Origin: the human T2T-CHM13v2.0 reference genome, Homo sapiens
Direction: 5' to 3'
NCBI GenBank assembly: GCA_009914755.4
Contig: CP086569.2
Coordinates: 5,376,001-5,440,000, forward strand
Length of the DNA: 64,000 bases
The notes beneath the pieces were generated by a model. That model saw nothing but the letters and a program-made list of their open reading frames with translations. It searched no databases and was not told the origin of the DNA. Of this stretch, positions 44,198 to 57,777 are shown one piece after another; the first letter of the stretch is position 1, and each line of letters starts with the position of its first letter. Both the position numbers and the translations under genes were made by a program.

Positions 44198-47100
44198 TTA
44201 AAGGATATAAAAAGAAGAGGTTGAAAGATTATTAAATAACTTATCAGGCATCTCAATGGTTACTATCTATGTTAGTGAAAATCAAATAGGACTCAAAGTT
44301 GGATATTTGGGATTTTTCTTCTGACAGTATAATTTATTGAGTTACTAGGGAGGTTCTTAAATCCTCATATCTGGAAACTTGTGAAGTTTTGACACCTTTC
44401 CTATAGATATAGGAATGAACCAATACGCTTTTATTACCCTTTCTAACTCTGATTTTATAATCAGACTTAGATTGTGTTTAGAATATTAAATGACTGGGCA
44501 CCCTCTTCTTGGTTTTTACCAGAGAGGCTTTGAATGGAAGCAGGCTGAGAGTAGCCAAAGAGGCAAGGGGTATTAGCCCAGTTATTCTCCCCTATGCCTT
44601 CTCTTCCTAAGCGTCCACTAGGTCTGGCCTTGGAAATCTGTTACTTCTACGGCTTCAGATCTGATGATATCTTTTTCATCACATTACAAGTTATTTCTTT
44701 GACTGAATAGACAGTGGTATAGGTTGACACAGCACACAAGTGGCTATTGTGATGTATGATGTATGTAGTCCCACAACTGCAAAACGTCTTACTGAAGCAA
44801 CAATCGAAAAATGGTTCTGTTTTAAAAAGGATTTTGTTTGATTTGAAATTAAAACTTCAAACTGAATGACTTATATGAGAATAATATGTTCAATCAAAGT
44901 AGTTATTCTATTTTGTGTCCATATTCCATTAGATTGTGATTATTAATTTTCTAGCTATGGTATTACTATATCACACTTGTGAGTATGTATTCAAATACTA
45001 AGTATCTTATATGCTACGTGCATACACATTCTTTTCTTAAACTTTACCTGTGTTTTAACTAATATTGTGTCAGTGTATTAAAAATTAGCTTTTACATATG
45101 ATATCTACAATGTAATAAATTTAGAGAGTAATTTTGTGTATTCTTATTTACTTAACATTTTACTTTTAATTATGTAAATTTGGTTAGAAAATAATAATAA
45201 ATGGTTAGTGCTATTGTGTAATGGTAGCAGTTACAAAGAGCCTCTGCCTTCCCAAACTAATATTTATCACACATGGTCATTAAATGGGAAAAAAATAGAC
45301 TAAACAAATCACAAATTGTTCAGTTCTTAAAATGTAATTATGTCACACACACAAAAAAATCCTTTTCAATCCTGAGAAAATTAAAGGCGTTTTACTCACA
45401 TGGATATTTCAACATTAGTTTTTTTTGTTTGTTTCTTTTTCATGGTATTACTGAAGGTGTGTATACTCCCTAATACACATTTATGAAAATCTACTTGTTT
45501 AGACTTTTATTTATACTCTTCTGATTTATATTTTTTATTATAATTATTATTTCTTATCTTCTTTTATATTTTTTGGAAACCAAATTTATAGTTAGTTTAG
45601 GTAAACTTTTTATTATGACCATTAGAAACTATTTTGAATGTTTCCAACTGGCTCAATTGGCTGGGAAAACATGGGAACAAGAGAAGCTGAAATATATTTC
45701 TGCAAGAACCTTTCTATATTATGTGCCAATTACCACACCAGATCAATTTTATGCAGAGGCCTTAAAATATTCTTTCACAGTAGCTTTCTTACACTAACCG
45801 TCATGTGCTTTTAGTAAATATGATTTTTAAAAGCAGTTCAAGTTGACAACAGCAGAAACAGTAACAAAAAAATCTGCTCAGAAAAATGTATGTGCACAAA
45901 TAAAAAAAATTAATGGCAATTGTTTAGTGACTGTAAGTGATACTTTTTAAAGAGTAAACTGTGTGAAATTTATACTATCCCTGCTTAAAATATTAAGATT
46001 TTTATGAAATATGTATTTATGTTTGTATTGTGGGAAGATTCCTCCTCTGTGATATCATACAGCATCTGAAAGTGAACAGTATCCCAAAGCAGTTCCAAGC
46101 ATGCTTTGGAAGTAAGAAGGTTGACTATTGTATGGCCAAGGATGGCAGTATGTAATCCAGAAGCAAACTTGTATTAATTGTTCTATTTCAGGTTCTGTAT
46201 TGCATGTTTTCTTATTAATATATATTAATAAAAGTTATGAGAAATAAACATTCATTTTTATTGTGTGTGTTAATTCAAAACTCAAATGATTCACTTTATT
46301 TTAAATAGATTTTCAAATGTATATAGAAAATACCCTTTTTCAATGGTACATTTTGGATTTAGCATATTTTTGTTCACTCTGAAAACTCCTTCAATATAAT
46401 TTCTGACTTGAACATAATTTCAATCACTTTTCAAAATTGCTGAACACTATTGTAGTGTTTCTGAACATTTATTTTGCATCATTCAAGACAAGATTTAAGT
46501 GATATTTACTTATTCCAGATTAGATCTATTGCTTCACTTAATGTAAAAGTTACCTAAGGATTTCTCTGTACAACCATAGGAGATCCAGGTGAAATAAGTT
46601 TCTGGAGATGGTTGATAATATTTGTGGAACAAAATAACTTTACTCCTGGCTTTGTTTTCACTTTGGCTAAATGGAGAGAATTCATTGAAACCTCTCAAAC
46701 TACAAGGTATCACTAAATATGTAACTGCATTTAGAATTTTATTAGCCCCAAATTTTGATTAAGAATTACATACCGCACAGTCCAGTGCTTTTTGTATTAT
46801 TTTTTCTCACTCATATATTTATTATTGTGATATTAATTTATTCATTTTCACCAAGGGTTAGCTGGTGAAGAAAGAAAAACAGGAAAATTTAAATCAAGCA
46901 ACATTTTAACCTCTGGCAAAAAGGAGATTGGGGTTTTAGAAGAAGTACAATATATGTGTAGGTTAATTTGTGTTATTTCTCATCTTCACTCCAGCCATTT
47001 GGGAAAAAAAAAATCTCACAAGTTGTTGTGACTTAATTTGTGAAGCTGACTGAGAATCACCAAGTTATATATAGATATTATCATAATAACCTTGGCAAGA

Positions 47101-47619
47101 ACTCTAGAACCTGAGAAAGTGCATATGGTGAAAACATACTCTGAATAGGAGAAAAATACCCTACTGAAAAGGAGTATTACAAATTTCTTTTTTTTCAACA
47201 AGTGGAAAAATATGTGAGCTAATATTTGGCTTGATTAAAGACATTGAAGTTATTGGTCTTATTGTCAGAAATGGCCAAACTGACTATAAAATGTTGATGG
47301 ACAAATGGCAATTGCTTCAAAACAAAAAATAAAAACAAGGACAATACCGATGCAGGCAATTCAGTTCAGAATTTTATTTCTGTATATTGGGTAACAAATT
47401 TAATATCCATTTCGAGTATCTGAGAATCAACACATGCATGAAAACAACCGAAGTTTAATTTGTGCACTAGCTTAACTCCTTTCTTATCTGTTAAAGTATT
47501 CTAAAGTTAATTGGGGTAAAACAGAAGCAAGATACATAAATGAAGAAAATGAAAAAATGAAAGTTTAATTTGTCAGCAATTTAGTTCTGAAATCTGGTCA
47601 TATGATGTTTTCTTTGTAA

Positions 47620-48300
47620 GCTTTTTTGAACAGTTTTAGATTTACAGAAAAATTGTGATAATAATGCAGAGTTCTCAAATAACCTCGCTCTTAGTTTTCC
47701 TTATTTTTAACATGGCATATTTGTTATAATTAATGAGCCAATGTTTATACATTATTATCAACTGAAATCCATAGTTTATTCAGATTGCCCTAATTTTTAC
47801 TATTAAGGACATTAGTCCTTTTCTGGTTCCAGAATCCCATCCAGGATTCCACATTACATTTATTTATTGTATCTTCTTAGGGCCCTCTGGACTGTGACAC
47901 TTTCTTAGACTTTCCTTGTTGATAATGACCTTGACAGTTTGGAAGAGTACTGGTCGGGTATTTTGTAGAATGTCCCTTAATTGAGATTTTTAATGATAAT
48001 TTTTCTTGTGTTTAGACTGGGGTTATGGGTTTTTGTGTGGAAGATTCCAGAGGTAGTGTATCTTGTCTCATCACATGCTCTCAGGAGTAAGTGACAGCAC
48101 ATTTTTAACCTGTATAAGTTAGCATTTGGAATCATTTTGCTTTATGCTCAGGATTTACTCTTCACCCCTGAAGCAGAGACTCACCTGTCCTCCCTAAGTT
48201 TGAAGTGTAGTACAATTCAGGACATGCTCCTTCCTCAGATTCCTACCTATCATACAGATGACCACCTTCCCATTTTATTTTACTCTCTCAGTCTCTAATA
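47620..48300 (-). mobile_element. 3'-terminal fragment of an old mammalian L1 (L1MC/MD/ME-like), antisense on the plus strand
   Basis: 'cttttttgaacagttttagatttacagaaaaattg...gattgccctaatttttactattaaggacattagtccttttctggttccagaatcccatccaggattccacattacatt...gaccttgacagtttggaagagtactggtc.ggtattttgtagaatgtccc' matches the remembered antisense of the old-L1 3' end. Confidence 0.5.
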
Positions 48301-48932
48301 AAACAATTGAGAATAAAATATTAATAGAAACATATTAAGTAAATGTGTTTCCCTTTCCAAATTTACTAAATAGGAAATGAGTGGTGTGGTACGTCCCACT
48401 AGCAATGAAAATTTCGGAAATCATGGCAAACAGTGGAAGATCCATTATAAATAAATAAGACCATTTATTTAGAAAAATTTCATTATCTCTCTCAGGGATA
48501 GCAAATGTCATAGTAGCATTTCTAATAGAGTCAACTGCACCAACTAATTAGTTATTAGGTAACTAAGAAAGGGTGTTGAGACTCTGTGACAGTTAATTTT
48601 ATGTATTAACTTGGGTAGGCCACCGTATCAGACATTTGCACAACCACTTGTCTGAATTGTTGTCAAGACACTTTTTAGATGAGATTAACTGTAAAACCAG
48701 TAGACTTTGAGTAAAGCAGATTACCCTCCATAATTTAGGTAGGACTCGTCCAATCAGTTGAAGGCCTTAAAAAGAAAAAGACAAACTTCTATCAAGGAAG
48801 AGAGAAATCTGCAAGCAGACTGCCTTCAGACTTGAACATTAACACTTCTCTGGGGCTCCAGCCTGCCAGCCTACCGTTCAGACTTTGGGCTGGCCAGCCT
48901 CCTAAATCATATGAGAAAATTTCATAAAAGAA

Positions 48933-49220
48933 ATTTCTTTCTTTTCTTTCTTTCCTTTAATCTTTCTTCTTCCTTCTTTTAATCTTTCTTCTTCTTTTTT
49001 CTCTTTCTTTCTTTCTCTCTTTTTCTTTCTGCTTATTTCTTTATTTCTTCCTGTCTCTTCCTTCTTTACTTCCATCCTCCCTTCCTCTACTGTTCTTTTT
49101 CTTTCTTTTCTTTTCTTCTTTCTCTCTTTCCTTTCTTTCTATTTCCTCTCTCTTTCCTTCATCTTTTCTCTTTCCTTTCTTCCTTTGTTTCTTTCTTTCT
49201 CTCATTCTCTCTCTCTCTCA
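48933..49220. repeat. ~290-bp polypyrimidine (CT-rich, (CTTT)n/(CTT)n-like) low-complexity tract; polypurine on the minus strand
   Basis: 'ttctttcttttctttctttcctttaatctttcttcttccttc...ctttctttctttctctcattctctctctctctc' with almost no purines on the plus strand. Confidence 0.9.
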
Positions 49221-49796
49221 AACCCTGACTAATATAGATTTGAATTTTTAAAAAATGAAACATCTTAACCAAGATCTGCCAAATAAGGTCAGGCCTAATA
49301 TGATACTGTTTCATCCAATATTACTGTTCTGAGAAGTGTATTATTTCAGTATGTAGATGGTTTAGCTAGAATTCTATTTGTCTCCAGTTTAATTAGTGGT
49401 TAATTTCTTAGGCTCTTCCATCATACTAATCTACACTCAATTCTCAGTTACTCCACTTGAAAGCTGTGTTACCACGGTGCAATATTTACCCTTTGATCTT
49501 TTTTCTCATTTATAAAATAAGGCTAGTGTTTGGTATACTGTGAAGAATAGTGGAAATACGTGATCTATGAACATTAGTTGGAGAGGGGAGGAACTATATG
49601 GTGAAGAAGAAAGTGAGAAAATCTTTCCTGTGGAGAGAAGCCTATACATAATTCACCTCACTAGACTACTGCCTTTTCCCATTAAACTAGAGTGTGAAAT
49701 GAAGAAAATGAACTAGTCAATCCTACTTGGAGAGATTGCTTCGGACCTGAGACATCTGAAATCTAACCACCTGACAAGCTGTGGGTGCTGGTCATC

Positions 49797-52196
49797 TATT
49801 TTAGTCCATTTAGGATGCTGTAATAAAATAACTTAGACTGGGTAACTTGTAAATAGCAGAAACTTACTGCTAGCAGTTCTGGAGACTGGGAATTGTAAGA
49901 GCAAGGCACCAGCAGATTCTGTGTCTGATAAGAGCCCTTTCCTCTTGGATGATATCTTCTATGTCTCCTCACACAGCGGAAGTGTCAAAAAGGCTCCTCA
50001 AAGCATCCTTTATGAGAGCACTAATTCTATTTATGGGGTAAAACCCTCAAAACTTAATCACCTCCTAAAGACCTCAACTCTTAATACCATCATCTCGGTG
50101 GTTAGGTTTCAATATATGAATTTTGGGGGGAAACAAATATTCTAAGTCACAGCAGTCTGCTCCTGAACCCACAAATTCATTTCCTTCTCATAAGCAAAAT
50201 ACATACATTTCATTCTAATAGCCCCCAAGGTCTTATCTCATTCGAGCATCAACTCAGAAGTTTAATATCTCATCCAAAGTCTCATCTAAGTATCACTTAA
50301 ATCAGATATAAGTGAGACTCAAGGTAAGATTTATTCTGAAGTAAATTTCTCTCCAGCTGTGAATTTATGAAATTACACAAGTTATGTGCTCCCAAACTAT
50401 AATGGTGGAACTAACACTGGATAGATAGTTCTTACACCAAAGAGAGAAAGAAGAAAAAAGAAAGCATAACTAGTCCCAAATAATTTCAAAACCCAATAGT
50501 GTAAACATTAAATCTTAAGTCTTGAAAATAAACTTATGTGATTCCATGTGCAGCCTTTTGTACACATTGAGGTGGGGGTTGGGTTCTCCACACTCTGGGC
50601 AGCCCTGCTTCTATGGCTTTGCTAGGTAAGACCCACAATGTAGCTCTCATGGGTTGAAGGTTGGTGCCTGCAGCTCTTTCAGGCTGCAATCGCATGGCCG
50701 TGGCTGTACTAATCTGAGGTTGTGAAGGTAGTCTTGTAACCATCTTTTCACTGGGTATTTCCCTAGTAGGGGCTCTTTTTGGTGGCCCTCATAGTTTCAC
50801 CGGTCATTGCCCTAATGGGGGATTTCTACAGTGGCTCTACCACTTTAGCAGTTATTTGCCTGGGCCCTGAGGCTCTCCAGGGCAACCTTTGAAATCCAGG
50901 TGAAGGTAGGCGTGCTTCCAAAGCTTGTGCAAGTTGCACCTTCCTGGAGATGACACTGTGTGGATGCTACCATGGTTTAACACCTGTGCCTTCCAGAGGG
51001 GCAACCAGAGCTGCACCTGGGCCTGCTTGAGCCACAGATGGGGTGGCCAAAGAGTGCTTTGCTGGAATGTGGAGAGTAGAACTTTGTCATCATTGTGCCC
51101 CAAAAGCCCTGGCATTTTGGGCCTGTAATGGGTGGTGCAATCCCGAAGATCTCTGAAATGCTTTTAGGATCATTCTTCCATTGTCTTGATACAAAGCATC
51201 TGGCTTCCTTCTATTCATACTAATCTCCTTATTAAACACTCACTTGGCCACATCCTTGATGTTCTTTCCTGAACATTTTCCCACTCTTTAAAACATGGCC
51301 AGGCTGAGAATTTTCCAAACCTTTAAGCCCCCCTTTCCTTTTGATTATGAATTCCAATTTTGTTTCTTTTTTCTCACATTTTACTATAAGCAGTCTAGTA
51401 GAGTCATGCCATACCCTCAACCGTTTGCTTAAGGATTTCTTCTACCAAATGTTCTATTTCATAACTCCTTCCCTGGAACACTATGATATGAACATAATTC
51501 AGCCAAGTTGTTTGCTGGTTTATATCAAGAATCACCTTTCATCTAGCTTTTAACAATCTTTCCTCATTTCAGTCTGATATTTCATGAGAATGGCCTTCAC
51601 TGTCACAAACATTCTGGTGGTGATCACTTAGGTAATTTCTAAGAAGACTGAGGTTTTCTCTACAGCTCTCTTCTTATTTGAAGACTTCACCAGAATTTCC
51701 CTTTTTAGTCAGTTCACAGCAGTACAGGCTGCTTCTACCATACACTTCAAAATTCCTCCAGGCTTTACCCATTACCGAGTTCCAAGGTGCTTTCATATTT
51801 TTATGTATTTGTTACAGCAGCACCCCACTTCTTATAACCAATATCTCTCTGTGTCTATTTGGGCTACTATAACAAAATATCTTAAACTGAGTAATTTATA
51901 AGAAACAAATTTATTGACCATAGTTCTGGAGGCTGGGGAATCCAAGAACAAGGCACCAGCAGATTCTGTGTCTGATGAGAGCCTGTTCCTCTTGAATGGC
52001 ACCTTCTTTGTGTCCTAACATGACAAAAGGGGTTAAAGTCTTCCTCAGGCCTCTTTTATAAGGGCACTAATTCCATTCATGAGGCAAAGCTTTAATGACC
52101 TAATTACCTCCTAAAGACCTCAGCCATGAATACTATCAGTGTGGTGGTTAGGTTTCAACATATAAATTTTGGGGAAGATACAGTCAGACCACAGCA
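49797..52196 (-). mobile_element. ERVL-MaLR element (MST/MLT1-like) with both LTRs (49797-50153 and 51852-52196) and a ~1.7-kb internal region, minus orientation
   Basis: Both ends carry the reverse-complement MaLR LTR form 'tgtctatttgggctactataacaaaatatcttaaactgagtaatttataagaaacaaatttattgaccatagttctggaggctggggaatccaagaacaaggcaccagcagattctgtgtctgatgagagcc...tcttttataagggcactaattccattcatgag...cctaattacctcctaaagacctcagcc...ggtttcaacatataaattttgggg...cagaccacagca'. The two LTR copies differ by roughly 20%. Confidence 0.75.
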
Positions 52197-54480
52197 CTCA
52201 CCTAAAGAACCAAAGAGTTTGTCATTCTTTATTGCTTTGAGGCACCATGTTTATAGGCATTTTCAAATACCTTACCTGACCATGACCATCACATTATGGC
52301 TAAAAATTTATAATTGCAACACTGTTAGTAAGGAAGGAAGTAGCCAAGGAAAGAATCAAGGGAAACAAGTATTTCCGGAGTGAGCTAGTGAGACAAGAAA
52401 GGAAATAAGTGAGGCCTGAAAGAGAATGTTCATGCATCTGATGAGTATTTAGTGAGTGACTATAATGTAGCAAGCATTGTTATAGGTGATGAAAATACAA
52501 TGTCGACAAGAAAAGCAGTGTCTCTGTTATGGAGCTTACCATCTAATGATATACTGGGGACAAAACACAACAAACGAGAACACACAGACACCTGTAACAG
52601 AATGTCTGATGGTGATAAATGAATAAGGAAAATCAAAGAAGGTAATATGATACAGGCTATTTTATCTAAGATGTATATCAGTTAAGATGAGTTTAGCTCC
52701 ACATAACAGAAAAACCCTAATGTACATGGCTTCAAAATGAGAATTTCATTATTTTATTTTACATGATATCCTGAGGTAAGAAAGTTTCTAATATGGTACA
52801 TCTCAGCTCTGAATTTGTTTCTTTGTATTTCCATTGCTTTCTCCTATTGTTGTTTTTTGTCTTTATCTTCAGGATGATAGTAAAATTATTGCTAGAGTTT
52901 CATCGTTGCATCTGGACACAGCAACATTCTTAGAAAGAGGAGGACATATCCCTCTTTAAGAATGAGAAAAATCTATCTCAGGAGCCTTCCAGCTGACTAT
53001 TTTATTGGCCAAAATGAAGTTGTATGCCCTAATTAAAACCAATCACTGCTAAACTGAGTGGAAGGCCATGAATAAATTAGACTATATGGAACAGATTTAG
53101 TGTAAGTACCATAACCACTTTTGAAGGTATTTGTGAGAAGACATTTGAGAAGAGATGAGATATGAATCATAAAAAGAGGCAAATATGTGATGACTTGAGA
53201 GTGAGAAGATGTTATAGGTAAAGGAAACACCAAGAGTAATTTTTTGGAAGCCGAAGAGGAAAATAATATCAATGAAATGTGAGTATTTGGTTATGTTAAA
53301 TGCCAAAAATTTAAGTTAATGGTCTCTCACCACAAATGGACCTTACTGCTGGCCTACAACCCTATTGTATTAATTTGTTTTCTCTCCTAATTTGGAGATT
53401 ATTAGTCCACTCTCTCACAGCTGATGATCTTGTTTCCTGTTTCAGTGAGAATATTAGAGCAACACAAATAGAATCTCCACAGCTCTCACCATCAATCCTT
53501 ACTTTCAACTACTTGCATCTCTGACTATGTAGTCTTCTTCCTCTCCTGTTTTTATCAATGACCTGTTGAAACTCTAATTTAAGGTCAGTCACCATAGATG
53601 TGCATTGGATCAAATCCTCTGTTGCCTATTTAAACAAATTGCTTCAACAGTCTTCCCCTATCTTCTGTCATTAGCTTTTGTATCTTTACTGTACATTCTT
53701 ATCACCATTAAAATGTGTAATTGTTACTGCTACTTAAAAAGTTATTTCCTGACCTTATTTCAGCCTCCAGTTCCTATTCCTTTTTTATCTTTCCCCTTCC
53801 AAAAAACTCTTTAGGGGAGCTGTTTTTAATCAATGTCTCTAATTAAGCCATTGATTGATCTCTAATCAGCTATTTGTCCCACAACTGTACCAAATTTCCC
53901 TTACCAAGGTAACCTATCACACCATGCTGCTAAATGCAATGGCAAGTTTCTCAATTCTTACTGAAGTATTCAGAAACATTTGACATAGTTTAAGCATCCA
54001 CATCATGCAAATTTTTCTTCACTTGACTTGTATGACACCAAATGTGTCTGGTTTTTCTTCTACAGCTCTAGCTGTTGCTTCTATTTTCAATTATGCTGGG
54101 TTCTCATCATATCCCCAAGGTCTTTTTCTGTTTCACGCAATCTGTTTTTCCCTGAGATGTAATTCATGTATCACAAAATGCATCTGCTTAAGGTGAACAA
54201 TGAAGTGGTTTCAGTATATTCAAAAAGTTGAGCAACCATCAGTACTATTTAACTCCAGAACACATTTCCTCATCCCTAAAAGAAATCTTTTGCCAACAAA
54301 AAGTCACTACTCTACATCCCCCGGTCCAAACCCTATGCAACCAATAATCTTCTTTCTGTTACAGATTTACAAATTGTGGATGTTTTATATAATTGGAATC
54401 ACAATATGTGGTCTTTTGTGATTGGCTTCTTTCATTTATCATAACGTTTACAAGGTTAATTCATGTTGTAGCATGTATGA

Positions 54481-55751
54481 TTAGGTTGGTGCAAAAGTAA
54501 TTGTGGATTTGGACCATGAATTTTAAATCATTATAACTAGGCTTAAGCACACTTTTATTAATCAAAATAGAAACCATTACAATCAGCTCATTTTTGCCAA
54601 CAAGAAATAAGTATGTTTATTCCTGTAACATAAAAATCTGTGCTTTGGGATTCAATGAACTCTTGGAAGGCATTTTCTGCATCTTGCTGGTAGAGGAAGC
54701 ATTTTCCATGCAAAAAGTTGTCGAGATGCTTGAAGAAGTGGTAGTCAGTTGGGGAGAGGCCAGTTGAATATGATGGATGAGGCAAAACTTTGTAGCCCAA
54801 TTCGTTAAACTTTTGAAGCTTGGTTGCACAAGCTGCAGTTGAGTGTTGTCATGGAGAAGAATTTGGCCTTTTCTGTTAACCAATGCCTGTTGCAGGCATT
54901 GTAGTTTTCGGTGCATCTCATCAATTTGCTGAGCATACTTCTCAGATGTAATGGTTTTGCTGGGATTCAAAAAGCTGCAGCAGATGAGACAGGCAGCAGA
55001 TCAACAAACTGACCATGACCTTTTTTTGGTGCAAGTTTGGCTTTGGGAAGTACTGTGGAGTTTCTTCTCAGTCCAACCACTGAGCTGGTGGTCACCGGTT
55101 GTCATATAAAATTCACTTTTCATTGCACATCACAATCCAATAGAGAAATGGTTTGTTGTTGCGTAGAATAAAAGAAGATGACACTTCAAAACAATTCTTT
55201 TTTATTTTTGCCCAGCTCATGAGGCACACACTTGTCGAGTCTTTTCACCTTTCCAATTTGCTTCAAATGCCGAATGACAGTAGGATGGTCGACGCTGAGT
55301 CCTTCAGCAACTTTTCATGTAGTTGTAAGAGGATCAGCTTCGATGATTGCTCTCATTTGGTCATTGTCAACTTCTGATGGCTGACCACTGTGCTCCAAAT
55401 CGCCAAGGCTCTCATCTTCCTTGCAAAACTTCTTGAACCACCACTGTATGTTCATTACCAGTTCCTGGGCCAAATGCGTTGTTGATGTTGCGATTTGTCT
55501 CCACTGCCTTATGACCTATTTTGAACTTGAATAAAAAATCACTCAAATTTGCTTTTTGTCTAACATTATTTCAATAGTTTAAAATAAATATAAAATAAAC
55601 TGCAAGTAATAAGTCATTAGCAAAAAAACAAAGCGAGAAATGTGCATTAAAATAATGTATAACATAACAACACTTATTTAAAAATGTATTCCAATATCAA
55701 ATCACAGATTTCAACAATGCAAAAATCACAATTACATTTGCACCAACCTAA
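54481..55751 (-). mobile_element. full-length Hsmar1 mariner DNA transposon with both inverted terminal repeats
   Basis: ITRs 'ttaggttggtgcaaaagtaattgtgg' (54481) and '...caattacatttgcaccaacctaa' (55751), with flanking TA on the right. Minus-strand translation '...WFKKFCKEDESL.D.EHSGQPSEVDNDQMRAIIEADPLTTT...LDKCVPHEL...ILYDNR...AQWLD.EETPQYFPKPNLHQKKVMV...NHYI.EVCSANW...ATGIG.QKRPNSSP.QHSTAACATKLQKFNELGYKVLPHPSYSTGLSPTDYHFFKHLDNFLHGKCFLYQQDAENAFQEFIESQSTDFYVTGINILISCWQK' is about 90% identical to the Hsmar1 transposase, with stops and frameshifts. Confidence 0.92.
54590..55600 (-). pseudogene. decayed Hsmar1 transposase reading frame
   Basis: See the element entry. ORFs 54588-54800 and 54617-54970 are its C-terminal pieces. 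Confidence 0.85.
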
Positions 55752-55907
55752 TAGTAGTTTATCACTATTAAGGCTGAATAATATTCCATTGTATGGAAAA
55801 ACAACATTATGTTTACCCATTCCTCTGTTGATAGAAATTTGTGTTATTCCCACTTTTTAAATTATGAGTAATGCTGCTGTGAATATCCACATTCAAATTT
55901 TTGTGAG

Positions 55908-56288
<381 letters not shown>

Positions 56289-57245
56289 TCAAATAGTAAC
56301 TTCCTATCTAATCTCTGAAGAACTGCCAAACACTAATTTTCAAAGTGGCTGTACCATTATATATCCCCACCAGCAATGCATAAGGTTCACATTTCTCTAC
56401 ATTTTCACTAACATGTGATATTGTCAGTCTTCTTGATTATAGCCACCCTAATGAGTTTTATGTGGTCTCTCGTTGTGTTTTTGACTTTCATTTCCCTACT
56501 GATTAAGAGTGGTCAGCATTCTTTTATGTGCTTATTGGCTATTTGTACATCTCCTTTGGATAAATTTATGTTCAAATTCTTTGTTCATTTTTAATTGGAT
56601 TATTTGAATGTTTATTGCTGAGTTGTAAGAGCTATTTATATACTCTAGACACAAAATCATTATAAGATATATGACATGCATTTTTCTTTATTCTCTGGTT
56701 ACATTTCGTGTTCTTAAAAGTGTCCTTTGAAACAGAACATTTGCTTTAGTTTATGTGCAGTGGAAATATCAATATTTTCTCTGGCTGCTTGATCTTTGAT
56801 CTTTTTGAAAATTGTTTTCTACAAACTATCTTTTTAAAAACATTCATAAGAACTTTAAAATAAGCTTTTAATTTTTTTGCCAAAAATAATGCCAGCTTAA
56901 ATTTTGTTAGAGACTTTGTTCTAACTATTGATCACTTTGGGGAATATTGACCATTTTAACATGTCTTATGATCAATTAAGCCTTCTGATCAATAAACATG
57001 GGATGTATTTCTTTTTAGCTATTTTACAAAATTTTTCTTTCAATGATGTTTTGTAGTTTTCATAGTGCCAATTTTGTACACCTTTTGTTAAACTTATTCC
57101 TAGATATTTTATTGTTTTTGATGCCACTACAAATGAAATTATTTTCTTAATTTTATTTTTAAGTTTTTAATAGCTAGTGCATAGATATACCATTAACTTC
57201 TATGTATTGGTCATGTATCCTGCAATCTTGCTAAACTTCTTTATG

Positions 57246-57283
57246 AGTGTGTGTGTGTGTGTGTGTCTGCGTGTGTGTGTGTG
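57246..57283. repeat. (TG)n microsatellite
   Basis: 'gtgtgtgtgtgtgtgtgtctgcgtgtgtgtgtgtgtgt'. Confidence 0.95.
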
Positions 57284-57380
57284 TATAATTTTTTTATATA
57301 TACAAGGTTATATCCTCTGCATATATAGATGTTTACTTCTTCCTTTCCAATATGAATGCCTTTTTAAAATTTTTCTAGCC

Positions 57381-57777
57381 TGTTTTAGTTTGCTGATGCT
57401 GCCATCACAAAACACCACAGACTAGGTGGCTCAAACAACAGAAATTTATTTCCTCACAGTTCTGAAGTCCTGAAGTCCACAATCAAGGTGTTGGTAAGCT
57501 TTGGATGTATTTGGGGCCTCTTTCCTTGGCTCACAGATGATGGTCTTCTCACTATGTTCTTAACATTTTTTTCCTCAGTGCACAGACATCCCTGGTGTCT
57601 CTTTTGTGTTTCCAAACCCCTGCTTATAAGACAAGTCACATTGGAATTGGACCCACCATAATGGCCTAATTTTTAACTTAATTCGTTTTTAAAGTTCCTT
57701 AGTCCAAACACAGTCACATTCTGAGGTACTCAAAGTTAGGACTTCAACATATGAACTTGAAGGGTATGCAATTCAGC
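57381..57777 (-). repeat. solo MaLR LTR (MST/MLT1-like), reverse orientation
   Basis: 'tgttttagtttgctgatgctgccatcacaaaacaccacagactaggtggctcaaacaacagaaatttatttcctcacagttctgaagtcc...cttcaacatatgaacttgaagggtatgc'. Flanked by duplicated L1 sequence '(ct)gaattcatttat'. Confidence 0.7.
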
